NCBI GenBank assembly: GCA_014905635.1 | Contig: CM026547.1 | Span: forward strand, 496,001 to 560,000 | Reading direction: 5' to 3' | Length of the DNA: 64,000 nucleotides | Source: Scenedesmus sp. PABB004 | Lineage: Eukaryota | In this document: positions 45,190-56,377 of the stretch, piece by piece | Numbering within the stretch: the stretch's first letter is position 1 | Layout of the letters: each line of letters opens with the position of its first letter | Program-made: the position numbers and the translations under genes | Notes under the pieces: model-generated | What the model was told of the DNA's origin: nothing | Database searches by the model: none | Seen by the model: the letters and a program-made list of their open reading frames with translations, nothing else

Positions 45190-47726
45190 TCACTGCCGCT
45201 GGTGGTGGCCGTCCGCCTGGCCCGCCCAGGCGGCGAGCATGTGGTGGCCGTCGCCGCCGGGGGCGAGCTTGCCGCCCTCGCCGCGCACGCGCGGCGCCGG
45301 CAGCACCAGCAGCGGGGGCTGCGGCGTGCCCTCCTGCAGCACGCGCCGCTCCAGCAGCATGCCCTCAGCCGCGGCCGCGCGCGTGGTGCGGCCGACGGGC
45401 GCCACCGCGGGCGCGCATGCGCCCGCAAACAGCGCCGCGAGGCCGCGCTGGCCGGCCGCCGCGGCGGCGTGCTTGGGGCTCGCGGGCGTGGTGCTGCCCG
45501 CCGGCTGCGCCGCGGGAGCGGCGGCCGCCGAGCTGCTGCTGCCGGCGCCGCCGGCGCCCGCGGCGGCGCTGCTGCCCGCGACGCCGGCGCCGCTCGGGCC
45601 CGCCGCGCTGCGGCAGGCCGAGGGCATGCTGCCGTAGCGGCTGCTCGCCACGGCGCGCCGCGCGGGCAGCTCGCGCGTGGGGCAGCGCCGCGCGCTGCCG
45701 CCGCCGCCGGCCGCGGCCGCCGCGCTGCTGCTGCCGGCGTCGCCGCCGCCGGCGTCGCCGCCGCCCGACAGCAGGCCGCCCATGATGGGCGGCGCGCCCG
45801 CCGTGTCCAGCAGCATCGACGCAAACGGCGTGAGCGTCGTGCGCTGCGGCGTGGGCAGCAGCACGTCCGACGACTGCGGGAGCGCCTGCGCCGCGCTGCC
45901 GGCGCCCGCGCCGGCCGCCGCCGCAGCGCTGCTGCTGCCGGCCGCCGCGGCGGGCGTGCTCGCCCCCAGCGGCGGCGACGTCGCCGCCGCGGCAGCTGCC
46001 GCCGCGGCCGCCTGCTGCTGGCGCGTCTGCAGGTGGCTGCGCGTGACGCGGCCCACGGGCGCCGCGGCCGCCGCCGCCGCCGCCGGCACGACGCCGACCA
46101 CGACGCTGCCATCCGCCGGCCCGGCCGGCGCCGCCGCGGCGGCCGCCGGGGGCGCGCTCGCCGCGGCCGCGGCCGCCGCTGCCGCCGCCGCGGCCGCGGC
46201 AGCCGCCGCGCCGCCGGCGGGCAGCAGGTCCTGCAGGTGCGCCAGGCGGCCGCGCGCCGAGACGATGAGCTGCAGGTGGCTGTACGCGGGCTGCTGCAGC
46301 GGGTTGGTGCCGATGTAGCTGTAGCTGTGCACCCACAGCGCGCGCAGCTGCTTCGCCGGCAGCTCCTCCTGCGCGCGCCGCAGGCCGGCCTGGACCTCGG
46401 CGAGCTCGTCGGGGGCGTACAGCAGGTGCTCCTCGAGCGCGCGCGGCGCGGGCGGGAAGCCAAACACGCGCAGCGCGAGCGAGAGCGCCGCGCCGGCGAG
46501 CAGGCTGGGCGTCGCGGCGGTGAGCCGCGCGTCGAGCAGGCTGAGGTGGAGCAGGAAGGAGGCGAGCATGTAGGCGTAGACGTGCTCCTGCGCCACCACG
46601 CCGCCGTCGTAGAGGCGGTACCAGAGGAAGCGGAGGCGCTGCTTCGCGGTCGGGTGTGCGCGCGCCGCCGGCGGGATGAGGCGCTCGAGCTTGCTGCACG
46701 TCGACCGCACCTCCGCCTCGGTGCACGCGCCGTCGGTGACCTCGGCCCAGTGCTTGTACGGCAGGCGCGCGCGCTCGCGCTCCGCGAGCTTGCTGCTGTG
46801 CTTCAGCGCAGTGCGCAGGCTCGAGATCGCGAGCATCTGGAACTTGCTCAGCGCCGGCACGGGGTAGGCCGCGAGGTAGTGGTCCAGGTACTGCGTGCCG
46901 CGGTAGACCACGGTCGACTCGAGCTGCCAGTCCCACGCGACCTGCGCGCAGCGGCGGCGGCGGCAGCGGGCGGCGGCGGCAGCGGCGGCGGCTCAACAAC
47001 GCGCGCCGGCGTGGCGCGGGCCCAAGTACCGGCCCCGGCGCGCCGAGTACAGCGGGGCGCGTCCGGGGCGCGCCGCGGCGCAGGGCGCCGGCGGCCGCGC
47101 GGCGCGCGGGGGCGAGGGGGGTCCGCCGGCATGCGGTCAACCGCCCGTTCAAGCGCACCCCGCGCGCTGCACGCCGCGGCGGCGCCCCGATCGGTGCCGT
47201 CGCGCCCCGAGCCGGCGCGGGGACGCCCGCGGGGGCGCTGCGGCCGCCGCGCCGCCCGGGAGGGGCGCGCGGGGGGCGCGCTCGCTGCTTCGCCGGCCCG
47301 CAACAACGCGCACGCGCGCCGCGGCGGCCCACGGCGCCGGGCGGGGCGCCGTGCACGCAGGGGGCGCACCTCGATGAGCCACTCCACCGCGATCTGGCGG
47401 TGCTCCGGCAGCACGAGGCGCTGCAGCTGCGTCGCCTTGCCGAAGTCCGGGTGCGCGCTGGCCTCCGCCTCATGCTGCGCGATGAGCGCCAGGACGCGCC
47501 GGACGCCGAGGGCCGCCAGCTTGGGGCCCAGCCGCGCGCCGTGGTGCGGCCAGAGGCGCGCCACGGCCCGCCGCTGTGCCGATGCGCTCACACCCGCGAA
47601 CTCGCTGCACACGGCCGCCGCCGCGGCCGCCTGCTGCGGCGACAGGAAGGAGAGGATGGCGCCCCACAGCTCCGCGGGCAGGGCCCGCGCGCGGGCGCCC
47701 GACTGGCGCCTGGCGCGCGTCTCCAT
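45190..47726 (-). CDS. F-box + cyclin-box protein with a long low-complexity C-terminus (2 exons)
   Basis: F-box-like LPAELWGAILSFLSPQQAAAAAAVCSEF; cyclin box HRQIAVEWLIE|VAWDWQLESTVVYRGTQYLDHYL...FQMLAISSL and EVTDGACTEAEVRS, PTAKQRLRFL, PSLLAGAALSLA. GT-AG intron 47369-46942. Confidence 0.85.
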
Positions 47727-47904
47727 CACGCCCCGAGCTGCCGCTGCGCCGAGGGCTGCCGCAGGGGGACCGCTGCCCCGCCGGGCGCTAGGCAGCCATG
47801 CCGCCGCGCCCGGGGCCGCGCAGCGGGCAGCGAGGCCCCCGGAGCAGGCCGGCCGGGGCGGGCGAAGGGGAGGGCGGGCGCTGGCGGGCGCTGCCGCTGG
47901 CCGG

Positions 47905-48470
47905 CGCGGCCTACGCGGTCGCCGATCGATGGGGCGGCGAGCAGTGTCAGCGCCGGGCGGGCGGGCGGCGCGGGGGGCCCACGCGCCACAACGCTCTCGA
48001 GGGTCTTGCGCTTCAACACTCAACTCGAATTGAACACAGGCCCCCGGCAATGCAGCGTGCACGTGCTCCGCGCGCCCCGTCGCGGTCGCAATTCGCTGCG
48101 TGCGGCGCGGCGGGCGCAGCGGTGCCAGCGGCGTGCGCGGCCCGAGAGGGACCCGGGACTGTGCTGGCCCGCCGCGCCCCCTGCGCGAGTCGCCGCTGAG
48201 GCGCCTCGCGGGCGCCCGGGGTGCCGCCATTTGGTCTCAAACGTCGTCCCGGCCGGGCGGCCGCCGGTACTGCGCCCCCACGCCGCGGCCGCCCGGCGGC
48301 AGCGGCAGCGCTGTGCGCGCGCGGTGCCGTTGGCGCGCGCGGGCGCGGGCGCGGCCGCCGCTCTGGACCAGGGCCGCCATCTTTCCAGGCCCAGCCGACC
48401 GGGCTGCGACGGCGTCAGCAACGGCGGCAGAGACGCCGCGCGGCCGCTTTGACCGCCGGCAGCGCGGCTG
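47905..48470 (-). repeat. Right arm of the ~560-bp inverted repeat; also the upstream region of the cyclin gene
   Basis: Reverse complement of 43505-44070 with scattered substitutions and short indels. Confidence 0.9.
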
Positions 48471-48533
48471 CAGCCGCGTGACCTGACCGACCGTCGCGCA
48501 CCCGGCGGCAGGGTCAGGGTCAGGGCAGCCCCT

Positions 48534-48538
48534 TTACA
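48534..48538 (-). promoter_or_regulatory. TGTAA poly(A) signal of the SDN gene
   Basis: TTACA on + strand, ~37 nt downstream of the stop. Confidence 0.5.
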
Positions 48539-48574
48539 CCCAGCTCGGGCCGCCCCCTCAAGCCGCCGCGGCGC

Positions 48575-50361
48575 TCAGCCCGCCTTCTGCTTCTTGCCGC
48601 CCTTCTGCTTCTTGCCGCCCTTGGCCTTGCCCTTCTTCTGGCCCTTCTTTTTCTTCGCCCCGCCCGCCGCCTTGAGTGTGGCCGCCTTGCGCGCCATGCC
48701 CGCCGCCGCGGCGAGCTTGCGCTTCGACTTGATGCCCTTCTTCTCGTGCGGCACCTTCGGCCCGCCCGCGCCGCCGGCGCCGATGCGGGCGCCGCCGCCC
48801 CCGGCCGCGCGCTTGCCGCCGCCGCCGCCGCCGCCGCCACCCTTGGCCTGCGCGGGCCGCGGGCGCTTGGCGCCGCGGTCCTGTGGCTTGTCCTTGCCAA
48901 ACGCCAGCCCGCCGTGGCAGGCCATGCGCCGCACGACCGCGTGCGGCGCCTGCGCGGGCTGCTGCCCAGACCCCGCAGCGTCGCCCCCGCCCAGCGTCAG
49001 GCGCTTGCTGTGGCGGCCGACGCTATCGGTGAAGGTGTCGCCTGCAGCCGGCGGCGGTCGCGCGGCGTCGGCGGGGCGCGCCCTCCCTGCGCGGGCGCGG
49101 GCGGCCCCAAACGCGCCCGCGCGCCGCAGCTCGCCCCCGCGATCCCGCTCGCGGGCCCACCTGGCAGCGCGCCAAACGCGGCGTCGGCGTGGCCCGCGTG
49201 CTGGAACACGAGCAGCACCTGCCGCTTGCCCCCGCCCCCGCCAGCGACCTCCTCGGTCCCGGCCGCCTCAGCGCGGCGCGCCGCCTCCGCGTCCGCGCCG
49301 CCGGCGCGCAGCGCGGCCGCAAACGCGGCGCGCACGGCCTCCGCGCTGGCGCCCGGGGGCAGGCGGTGCACGCAGAGCTTGCACAGCTCCTGCTTGTCGA
49401 CCTGCGGGCCGGGCGGGCGGGCCGGCGGCGGCGTGGTGTGAGGTGGTGGCGGCCACGGCGCTGCGCGCGCAAGTCACGCGCAGCCCCCGCGCGCCGGCGC
49501 ACCTTGACGGCCGGCGGCGCGAGGGGCGGCGTGGGGCCCTCGCCCGCGCGCGGCGCGCGGCCTCGTGGCGCGCGAGCGCGAGCGCCGCGCCGGCGTCCTC
49601 GACGCAGTCGTGCGGCACCACCGCCGCGGGCTGCTGCCCACCCGCCTCGGCGCCCCCGCCGCGCAGCGTGCGCCCGAGCAGCGCCTGGGCGAGGTGCGCC
49701 AGCGACGGCGTCGCGGTCGTCAGGCCCCTGTCGCGGCGGCGGCGGCGGTGGCGGGGCTCGGCGCTGCCCCGCGCCCCTCGCTGCGCCCTTGTCCTCCCCG
49801 CGCACCCCGCCCCCGTCTCCCCCTGTCCCTCCCTCCTCCTGTGCTCACTCACTCGTATGAGAAGAGCAGCGCGGTGTCGATGACGGGCTGGTGGTCCAGA
49901 CGCAGCGCCTCGAGGTCAAACTGCAGCGAGTGCCCCACCAGCACGGTGCCCGGCGTCAGCAGCGCCGCGAGCCGCGCCGCCGCGTCGGCGCGCGTCGTCT
50001 CAACGTCCTCGAGGTCCGCCGCGCCCAGGCCGGTCAGTTCGGTGCGGTAGTCAAGCACCGCGCCCGCGGGCTTCACCAGCTCCTGCGCGCCGGCGTGGGC
50101 GGGGCGCGTGAGCGGGTGCGCGCGGCGCCGGCGCGGCGTGTGAGAGCGGCTGCGCGCAAGCGGGCGAGGAGCTCCCGCCGGCACCGGTGCCGCGCCTTGA
50201 GCAGCGTCTTGCCCGCCGAGTCCACGACCGCGACCTGCAGCAGCTCCTTGTCGCTCCCCTCGCTCACACACATCTCGCAGTCGAGCCCCAGCAGCACCAG
50301 CGGCGCGCCGTCGCGCGGCGGCAGCGGCGCCCTGCCGGCGCGCGTGCGACGCGGGGGTCAA

Positions 50362-50401
<40 letters not shown>

Positions 50402-51189
50402 GCCCGAGCGGCGGCGCGCGCTGCGCGGCCACCTGTCCGTGCGCAGCCAGCCCTTTTCGTACGAGGGAAAGTCGTAGCGCTGCCGGAAGCGCGGGTGCTC
50501 GCGCGTGGCCTGCACCAGCTGCAGCACCGCCGCCTGCGCGCGGGCACGGGCGGGCGTGGGCGCGGGGCGGGCGCCGGGGGGGGGGGGGGCACGCTGCGTA
50601 CAGGGCGCGGAGGGGCGCCCGCGCCGCGGTCGCGCCCACCTGCTCCGCGCTGAGCGCCTTCACCGCCTCCGCAGCGCCCTTGGCGGCGGCGGCGAGCTCC
50701 CGCTCCTCCTGCGGCGGCCACGTCGGCTCGGGGGGGGGGGGGGGGGGTGCCGCGCCACGCGCTGGCCTGCGGCGGGCGCGGCCAGCCGGCGCGCACCTGC
50801 TGGCCCTGCTTCAGCCACGGCAGCAGGCGCTTGAGAAGCTTCTTGGGCTTGACCGGCTTGGCCCCCGGCGCGCCGCCCGGCTTCTGGCCCGTGAGGCCGC
50901 TGAGGAACGCGGCGAGGCGCTCCACGCTCTGGCGCTTGGGGTCGGTGAACGTGTTGTCATCGGGCTGCGCCTGGTGATGGCGGCGGAGCGGCGGCGGTGA
51001 GCTGGCAGTGCGCCGGGGCAGCGGGCGGCGGCGGCGGATGCGGCGGCGGCGGCAGCAGTGCCGTCGGCCGCGCACCGCGACGAACTCCGCCCAGACGCCG
51101 TGCTCGCCCACGAGCTGCTTGCGCTGCGCGATTTTCACCGCCGCCACGAGCACGGGCTTGTCATACTCCTGCAGCTTGGAGAGCTTCAT
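48575..51189 (-). CDS. SDN: DEDDh 3'-5' exoribonuclease of the SMALL RNA DEGRADING NUCLEASE/REX1 family with a Lys-rich tail
   Basis: Plant SDN-type N-terminus (KPVLVAAVKIAQRKQLVGEHGVWAEF, TDPKRQS), LGLDCEMC, VLDYRTELTG, LVGHSLQFDLEALRLDH, VIDTALLF, HDCVEDA. Confidence 0.88.
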
Positions 51190-51702
51190 AGCGGCTGCGA
51201 CGGCTGCTGGCGCGGCGGCAGACCGAGCTGCGGCGGCTGCTGCCGGCGGCCGCTCCCGGGCTATTGCCTGCTGCGCGCGGCGCGGCGCGGCGCGCGTGGA
51301 TAGCCTGTAGGTGCGGCGGTTCGAGGGAAGCGGCCGCGGGACCGGGGGCGCGTGGCTGGGCTGGGCGGGCCGGCACCAGCGAGCAGCGGCGGCGGCTGCG
51401 CGGCGAGGGGCGCGCGAGCGGGTGCGCCGCTGGCCGCTGGCCGCTGGCCGCGAATGAGCGGTGGCGGTCAGCCCGCGGCGCGGGTGCAGCGGGCGGGGCT
51501 GTGGCGGCGTGCCGCGCCCAGTGACGGCTGCTCTCCCGGGCGCGCAGAACGATCGGCGGCCGGTCGGGGGTCACCCGTCATCGCACGCTGCCGATGCTAC
51601 TACTGCTCGAGCCGCCAGGCCGGCGGGCCGCTGCCGCAGCTGCGCCCGCGCCGCCGCCTCGCCGCTGCACGCTGCAGCGGCAGGTCTCCGCAGCCGCGTC
51701 CG

Positions 51703-52448
51703 TCACTCCCCAGACCTGCGCGGCGGGCGGGAGCGGCGGCGGCGCCACGGGCCGGCGTCGTCGCCCGGACCCCCCGCGCGGGCCGCAGCGCTGCCGCCGC
51801 GCGCCCCGCCGCGCACCTGGGCAGCCCCTCGCCCGCTTTCACGAGCTCCTGCAGCTTGCTGCCCACGCCCGCGGCGTCCAGGCCCTGCACCGACACGCTC
51901 TTCTCCACCCCAAAGTCTGGCGGGGCGGGGGCCGCCGCGGGCGGCGCGTGAGCCGGCCACACCCGCACCCCTCGCCGCGCGCCGTGCGCCGCCCGTGCGC
52001 ACAGGCGGGCTGTCCCGGCTGCGCGCCGCGCAGAGCCCCGCCGCTGCGGCGCGCACCAAAGCGGGCGATCAGCTTCGCCTCGGCGCCTTCGCACTCGCGC
52101 ACGAGGATCGGCAGCTCCGGGTTGGCCTTCTTCAGCTCCGCGTAGCTGCCCAGCACGAAGTCCCTGCGCGCGCGGGGCCACGCGCGGTGTGGGGCCGCCG
52201 CCGCCGCGGGCGCGGCGCGGCGGGTGTGGGGCCGCCGCCGCCGCGGCCGCGCCGCGCCCGCCGCTGCTGCGCGGGCAGCGCCGCACCTGACGCCCTTGCT
52301 CGCGGGCGAGTTCTGGCACAGGTGTATCCTGCGCGCGTCGAGCGAGCGCGTGAGGCGGCGCGCGACGGGCGCCGGGGCCGCAGGGGGGCGCTGCGGGGCC
52401 GCACCTCAGCTCCTGCATCGCCTTGCTCAGGCTCGTCTTCAGCGCCAT
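51703..52448 (-). CDS. NDUFA2: Mitochondrial complex I B8 subunit (5 exons)
   Basis: [74 protein letters not shown]...GEGLPRSGE*. Confidence 0.95.
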
Positions 52449-52772
52449 GGCGCCGGCCGCCTGCTGCCGCCCGCGACCTAGACCGCCTCGGGGACCGCCC
52501 GCGCGCGCCAACGCCGGTGCGCGGGAGCGGGCGGGCTCGGCGAGCGCTGGGGCCGCCTCCTGCGCTCTGCCGAGGGGCTGATCGGGCGGCGCAGCGGGCG
52601 TGGCTGGCGGAGCGCCAGGCGGCGCGCACGGAGCCGGGGCCCGCCGCGGCGGCGGCGCTCGCGGCGGGCTGGGCCCTGGCGGCGCAGCGCACTGCGCTCG
52701 GCCGGCGCGGGCGCGGCGAGCTGCGCGCGGCCGGTAGCTTGCTCTCCCGCTCACGGCTCGCTCACGGCTCGC

Positions 52773-53976
52773 TCACAGCTCCGCGTGCAGCTCGTCCGCG
52801 ACGAGCGCCACGCCGCTGGGCTCCGCCTCGACGGGCGGGCGCGGCGGCGCGCCGTCGAGCGGCGCAGGGCCGGCCTGCGCGCCCATCATGTCGGCCGCCG
52901 CCGCCGCGCTCGCCGCGGCCAGCGCGAGCGCGGCGACGTGGTCGCTCGTCACGGAGTCCAGGCGCTCGCCGAGCGCGGCGCTCGCGCCCGGCAGCAGTGC
53001 GCGCCAGAGCCAGTGGCGCAGCCAGAGCGCCGACACGCTCTCCAGCGGCACCTTGGCGGTCTCGGGCACCAGCAGCAGCGACACCAGCTGCGGCGCCGAC
53101 GCGCGCGCGCGGTCGGGCGCGGCGCGCCGGTGGCTCCCCGCTGCGTGCGCGCGCGCGCGTGCCCACCCCGCGCCTCGCGCGCGGCCGGACCCCGCGCGCA
53201 CCAGGCCGAGCACGGCGAGGCCGAGCACCACCGGGTAATAGTTCAGCCCCAGCTTGCACAGCAGGTTGGTCTCAAACAGGGACTGCACCAGGCCCCAGGC
53301 CGCGATGCAGAGCGCAAACCCCGCCGGCCGGATCGTGAGCGCCTGCGACTCGATGATCACCACCCACACCACAGACGCCCAGGCCAGGCCGTTGACCGCC
53401 TGCGGCGCGGCGTGGCGCCACGCGGCAGACCGCCGTCGGCGTCGGGCGACCGGGCGGGCGTGCGCCGCCGGCCGCCGGCGGCCGCCGGACGCATGCGGCG
53501 CGGCGCGCGCGCGCGCGGGCCTTCGCTGCAGCCGCGGCGCACCGAGAGCACCGAGAGCAGCGCGAGCTGGACCCACGCCCACTTGAGCATCTCGCGCGCG
53601 ATCAGCGCCTTAGTGGTGAGGTCTGCCACGTGCGCCGCGCGGTACACCGCGGTGAGGGCGACCATGGAGGCGAGTGTGGCGATGCACAGCAGGCTGCTCA
53701 GCCGCAGCAGCGGCAGCCGCCCCGCGCGGTCGACCAGCAGCGCCGCCGCGATCATGCCTGCGCCGGCGGGCGGCGACAGCGGCGGGCGTCGCGTGCGCCC
53801 CTGCCGGCGTGCGCGCGCCGCGGCCTCGTGCGCGCCGCGGCCTCCTGCGCGTCGCGGCCTCCCGTGCGCGCCGCGCACCGATGCCAAACGCCGACGACAT
53901 GAAGAAGTTGGCCAGGAACACCGCCATCTTCAGCCGCACCCCGCCAGTCCTAAACCCCGAGTAGCACACGTCTGCC

Positions 53977-54019
<43 letters not shown>

Positions 54020-55980
54020 TCGTTTGGTGCGGCGCAGCGCGTTGCGCGCGGCGGCGGCGGCGGCGGCGGCGCGGCGGGCGCACGTGGCCCGGCAGCGCTC
54101 ACAGCTCATGCTCATCGGGTTGAGCAGCGCGCTCACGACCGCCATGAGCAGGCCCGTGATGAGGGCGGGGCGGTGCAGCGGCCGCGTGAGCAGCTCGCGG
54201 TACATCGAGATGCTCTGCGCGCGCGGGGGGCAGGCGGGGGCAGGCGCGTCGCATGGGATGTGTGGCGCGGTGCGGGCGCCGGCGCGGCGGCGCCGGGGTC
54301 GGCGCGCGCGCGCGCAGCCGGCCGGCGCGCGTGCGTGCGGCGCAGCGCGGCGCAGCGCGGGCGGCCCCGCGCCGCGCGGCTGGCGGCGCACGCACGTGCT
54401 GCATCGCGGCGGTCGACCCCACGATGGCCTTGAACTCTGGGTACGCATCGTGGAAGGGGCCCCGCACCTCGCGCAGCGCCGCCCAGCCGCGCGCAAACTC
54501 GCCGCGCTGGATGAGGCTGTTGGGCGTCTCCCAGAGCCACGGCAGCACGACGAGCACCGCCGCGGCGGGGAGCACGCCGACGCCGAAGAGCAGGCGCCAG
54601 CCGAGGGGGCCCTGGTCGGCAATGAAGAAGCCCAGCATGGCTGCGGTTGGTTGGTTGATTGGGCGGTTGGTTGGGCGGTTGGTTGGGCGGTTGGTTGGGC
54701 GGTTGGTTGGCGACGCGTCAGTCAGGTTCGGTGGTCCCGTGCGGTGGCCGCGGCGGCAGGCGCGCGGGCGGGCGTGAGCGTGCGCGCCGCCGGTGGCGCC
54801 GCGCGCGGGCGGGCGTCCACCCCCGGCGGCGCGCACCCGCGAGCATCATGCCCGCCGCGACGCCGAGCATGTGGAGCAGCAGGTACGTCCCGCGCGCGCT
54901 GCGCGGCGCGATCTCAATGACCTGCATGCCGGTGCTCTGGGCGCGCGGGGTTTAGGGGGGAGGGGTAGGACCAGGGTTTAGGGGTGGTGGTGGTGGTGGT
55001 GGCCGCGGCGGCCCACGCCGGCCGCGCGAGGCCGCCCGCCGCAGCGCCGTGCCGCCGTGCCGTGCGAGGCCGCCCGCCGCTGGGCCGCCGTGCCGCGCCG
55101 TGCCGCGCCGCGCCGCCGTTCCGTGCCGCGCACCAGGTAGAGCAGGTCGCCGCCTGACCGCACAAACGCGCCGCCAATGAACAGCATGATCACGTTCACC
55201 GCCGACGCCAGCAGCACCTGGCGGCGGCGCGCGCGGTCGGCATGGCGCCCGCCCGCGCCGCGCCACGCCGCGCTGCGCCCCGCGCGGCGCTGCGAGCCCC
55301 CGGCCGCCGCCGCGCGGCCGCCGCGCCTGTCCCACGATGGCGAGCAGGCAGCCGACCATGACGCCGCACTTGCGCCCGTGCTGGCGCAGCAGGCCGGCGC
55401 CGAGGATGGGCGCGAGCAGCGGCAGGAGGTCGATCAGGGTCTCGTACCAGGACAGGCCGGGCAGGCCGTCGATGCCGGTCGCGCAAAACGGCGACGCGTG
55501 CGCGTGCGCCGCCGCCTCGGCGCGGCCGACAAACGTGCGCACGTAGCTCGGCGCCTGCCGCGCGGTGAGCGTGCCGGCCATGATGTAGCCACGCAGCACG
55601 CCGACCGCGACCGCCGTCCACAGCACCTGGCGGGGAACGGCGGCGCGGCGGGCGGCCTCGGGCGGTGGCCGCCGCGGTGGCCGCGCGCGGTGGCCGCGCT
55701 GGAGGCTGGCAGCGGGTTGGCCGCGCTGGCCGCAAGCTGGCCGCGGCGGGCCGCTGCCCCGGCAGCAGCGGCGGCGGCGGCGGCGGCGGCGCACCAGGTA
55801 GACCACGGGCGTCATGGGCGCGTCGGCGGCGTCGCCGCCCGGCGGCGCGGCGCCCGAGCCGCAGCAGGTGGGCCGTCCGCTTGGCGCGCCGTCGTCCAGC
55901 GCGCCGTCCAGAGCGCCGCAGGCCGCCAGCTCCGTCACGGCGCGCGACCGCGCCCGCGTGGCGGCCGGCGGCGCGGGCAT
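52773..55980 (-). CDS. Divergent MFS sugar porter (STP/HUP-like)
   Basis: RQHGRK, EIAPRSARG, GWRLLFG, LWETPNSLIQRG, LVDRAGR, VPETAKVPLE and multiple hydrophobic helices. Start codon uncertain. Confidence 0.8.
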
Positions 55981-56377
55981 GGCGCCCGCGAGCAGCGGCG
56001 GCACCGCTGGCGCGCCCCGGGCGCGGGCCCGGGGCGCGCGGGCGCCCCGGCGATCACGCGCTGCCGGTCATGCCCGGTTCCGTCGGCTCAGCGGCACGGC
56101 GGCGGGAGTTCAGGCGAGCCAGCGGGCGCTGCTGCTGCCGTGTTGGTGAGGCAGCGAGCCGGCGCGGCGAGCCAGGGTTCCGGAGTTCTCACGAGACGCC
56201 ACGCCTGGCGCTAGTGGTGAGCAGCGAGAGGGCGAGAGGTGGCGGGCGCCGCCAGGGCTTCGGCGGCGCGAGCCCTGGCGCCAACCGACCGCGGTCGGCG
56301 CGCGGCGGCCGGCCTGGCGAGCGGGGAGCGGGCCCCAGCTGGTCGGTCACCCAGGCGCGCCGCCGCCCCGCCGCGCG

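Noticed and set aside
56054..56071. Minus-strand uORF (MTGSA*) upstream of the sugar porter
   Set aside because: The TSS and true start codon are unknown, so it cannot be shown to lie in the transcript.
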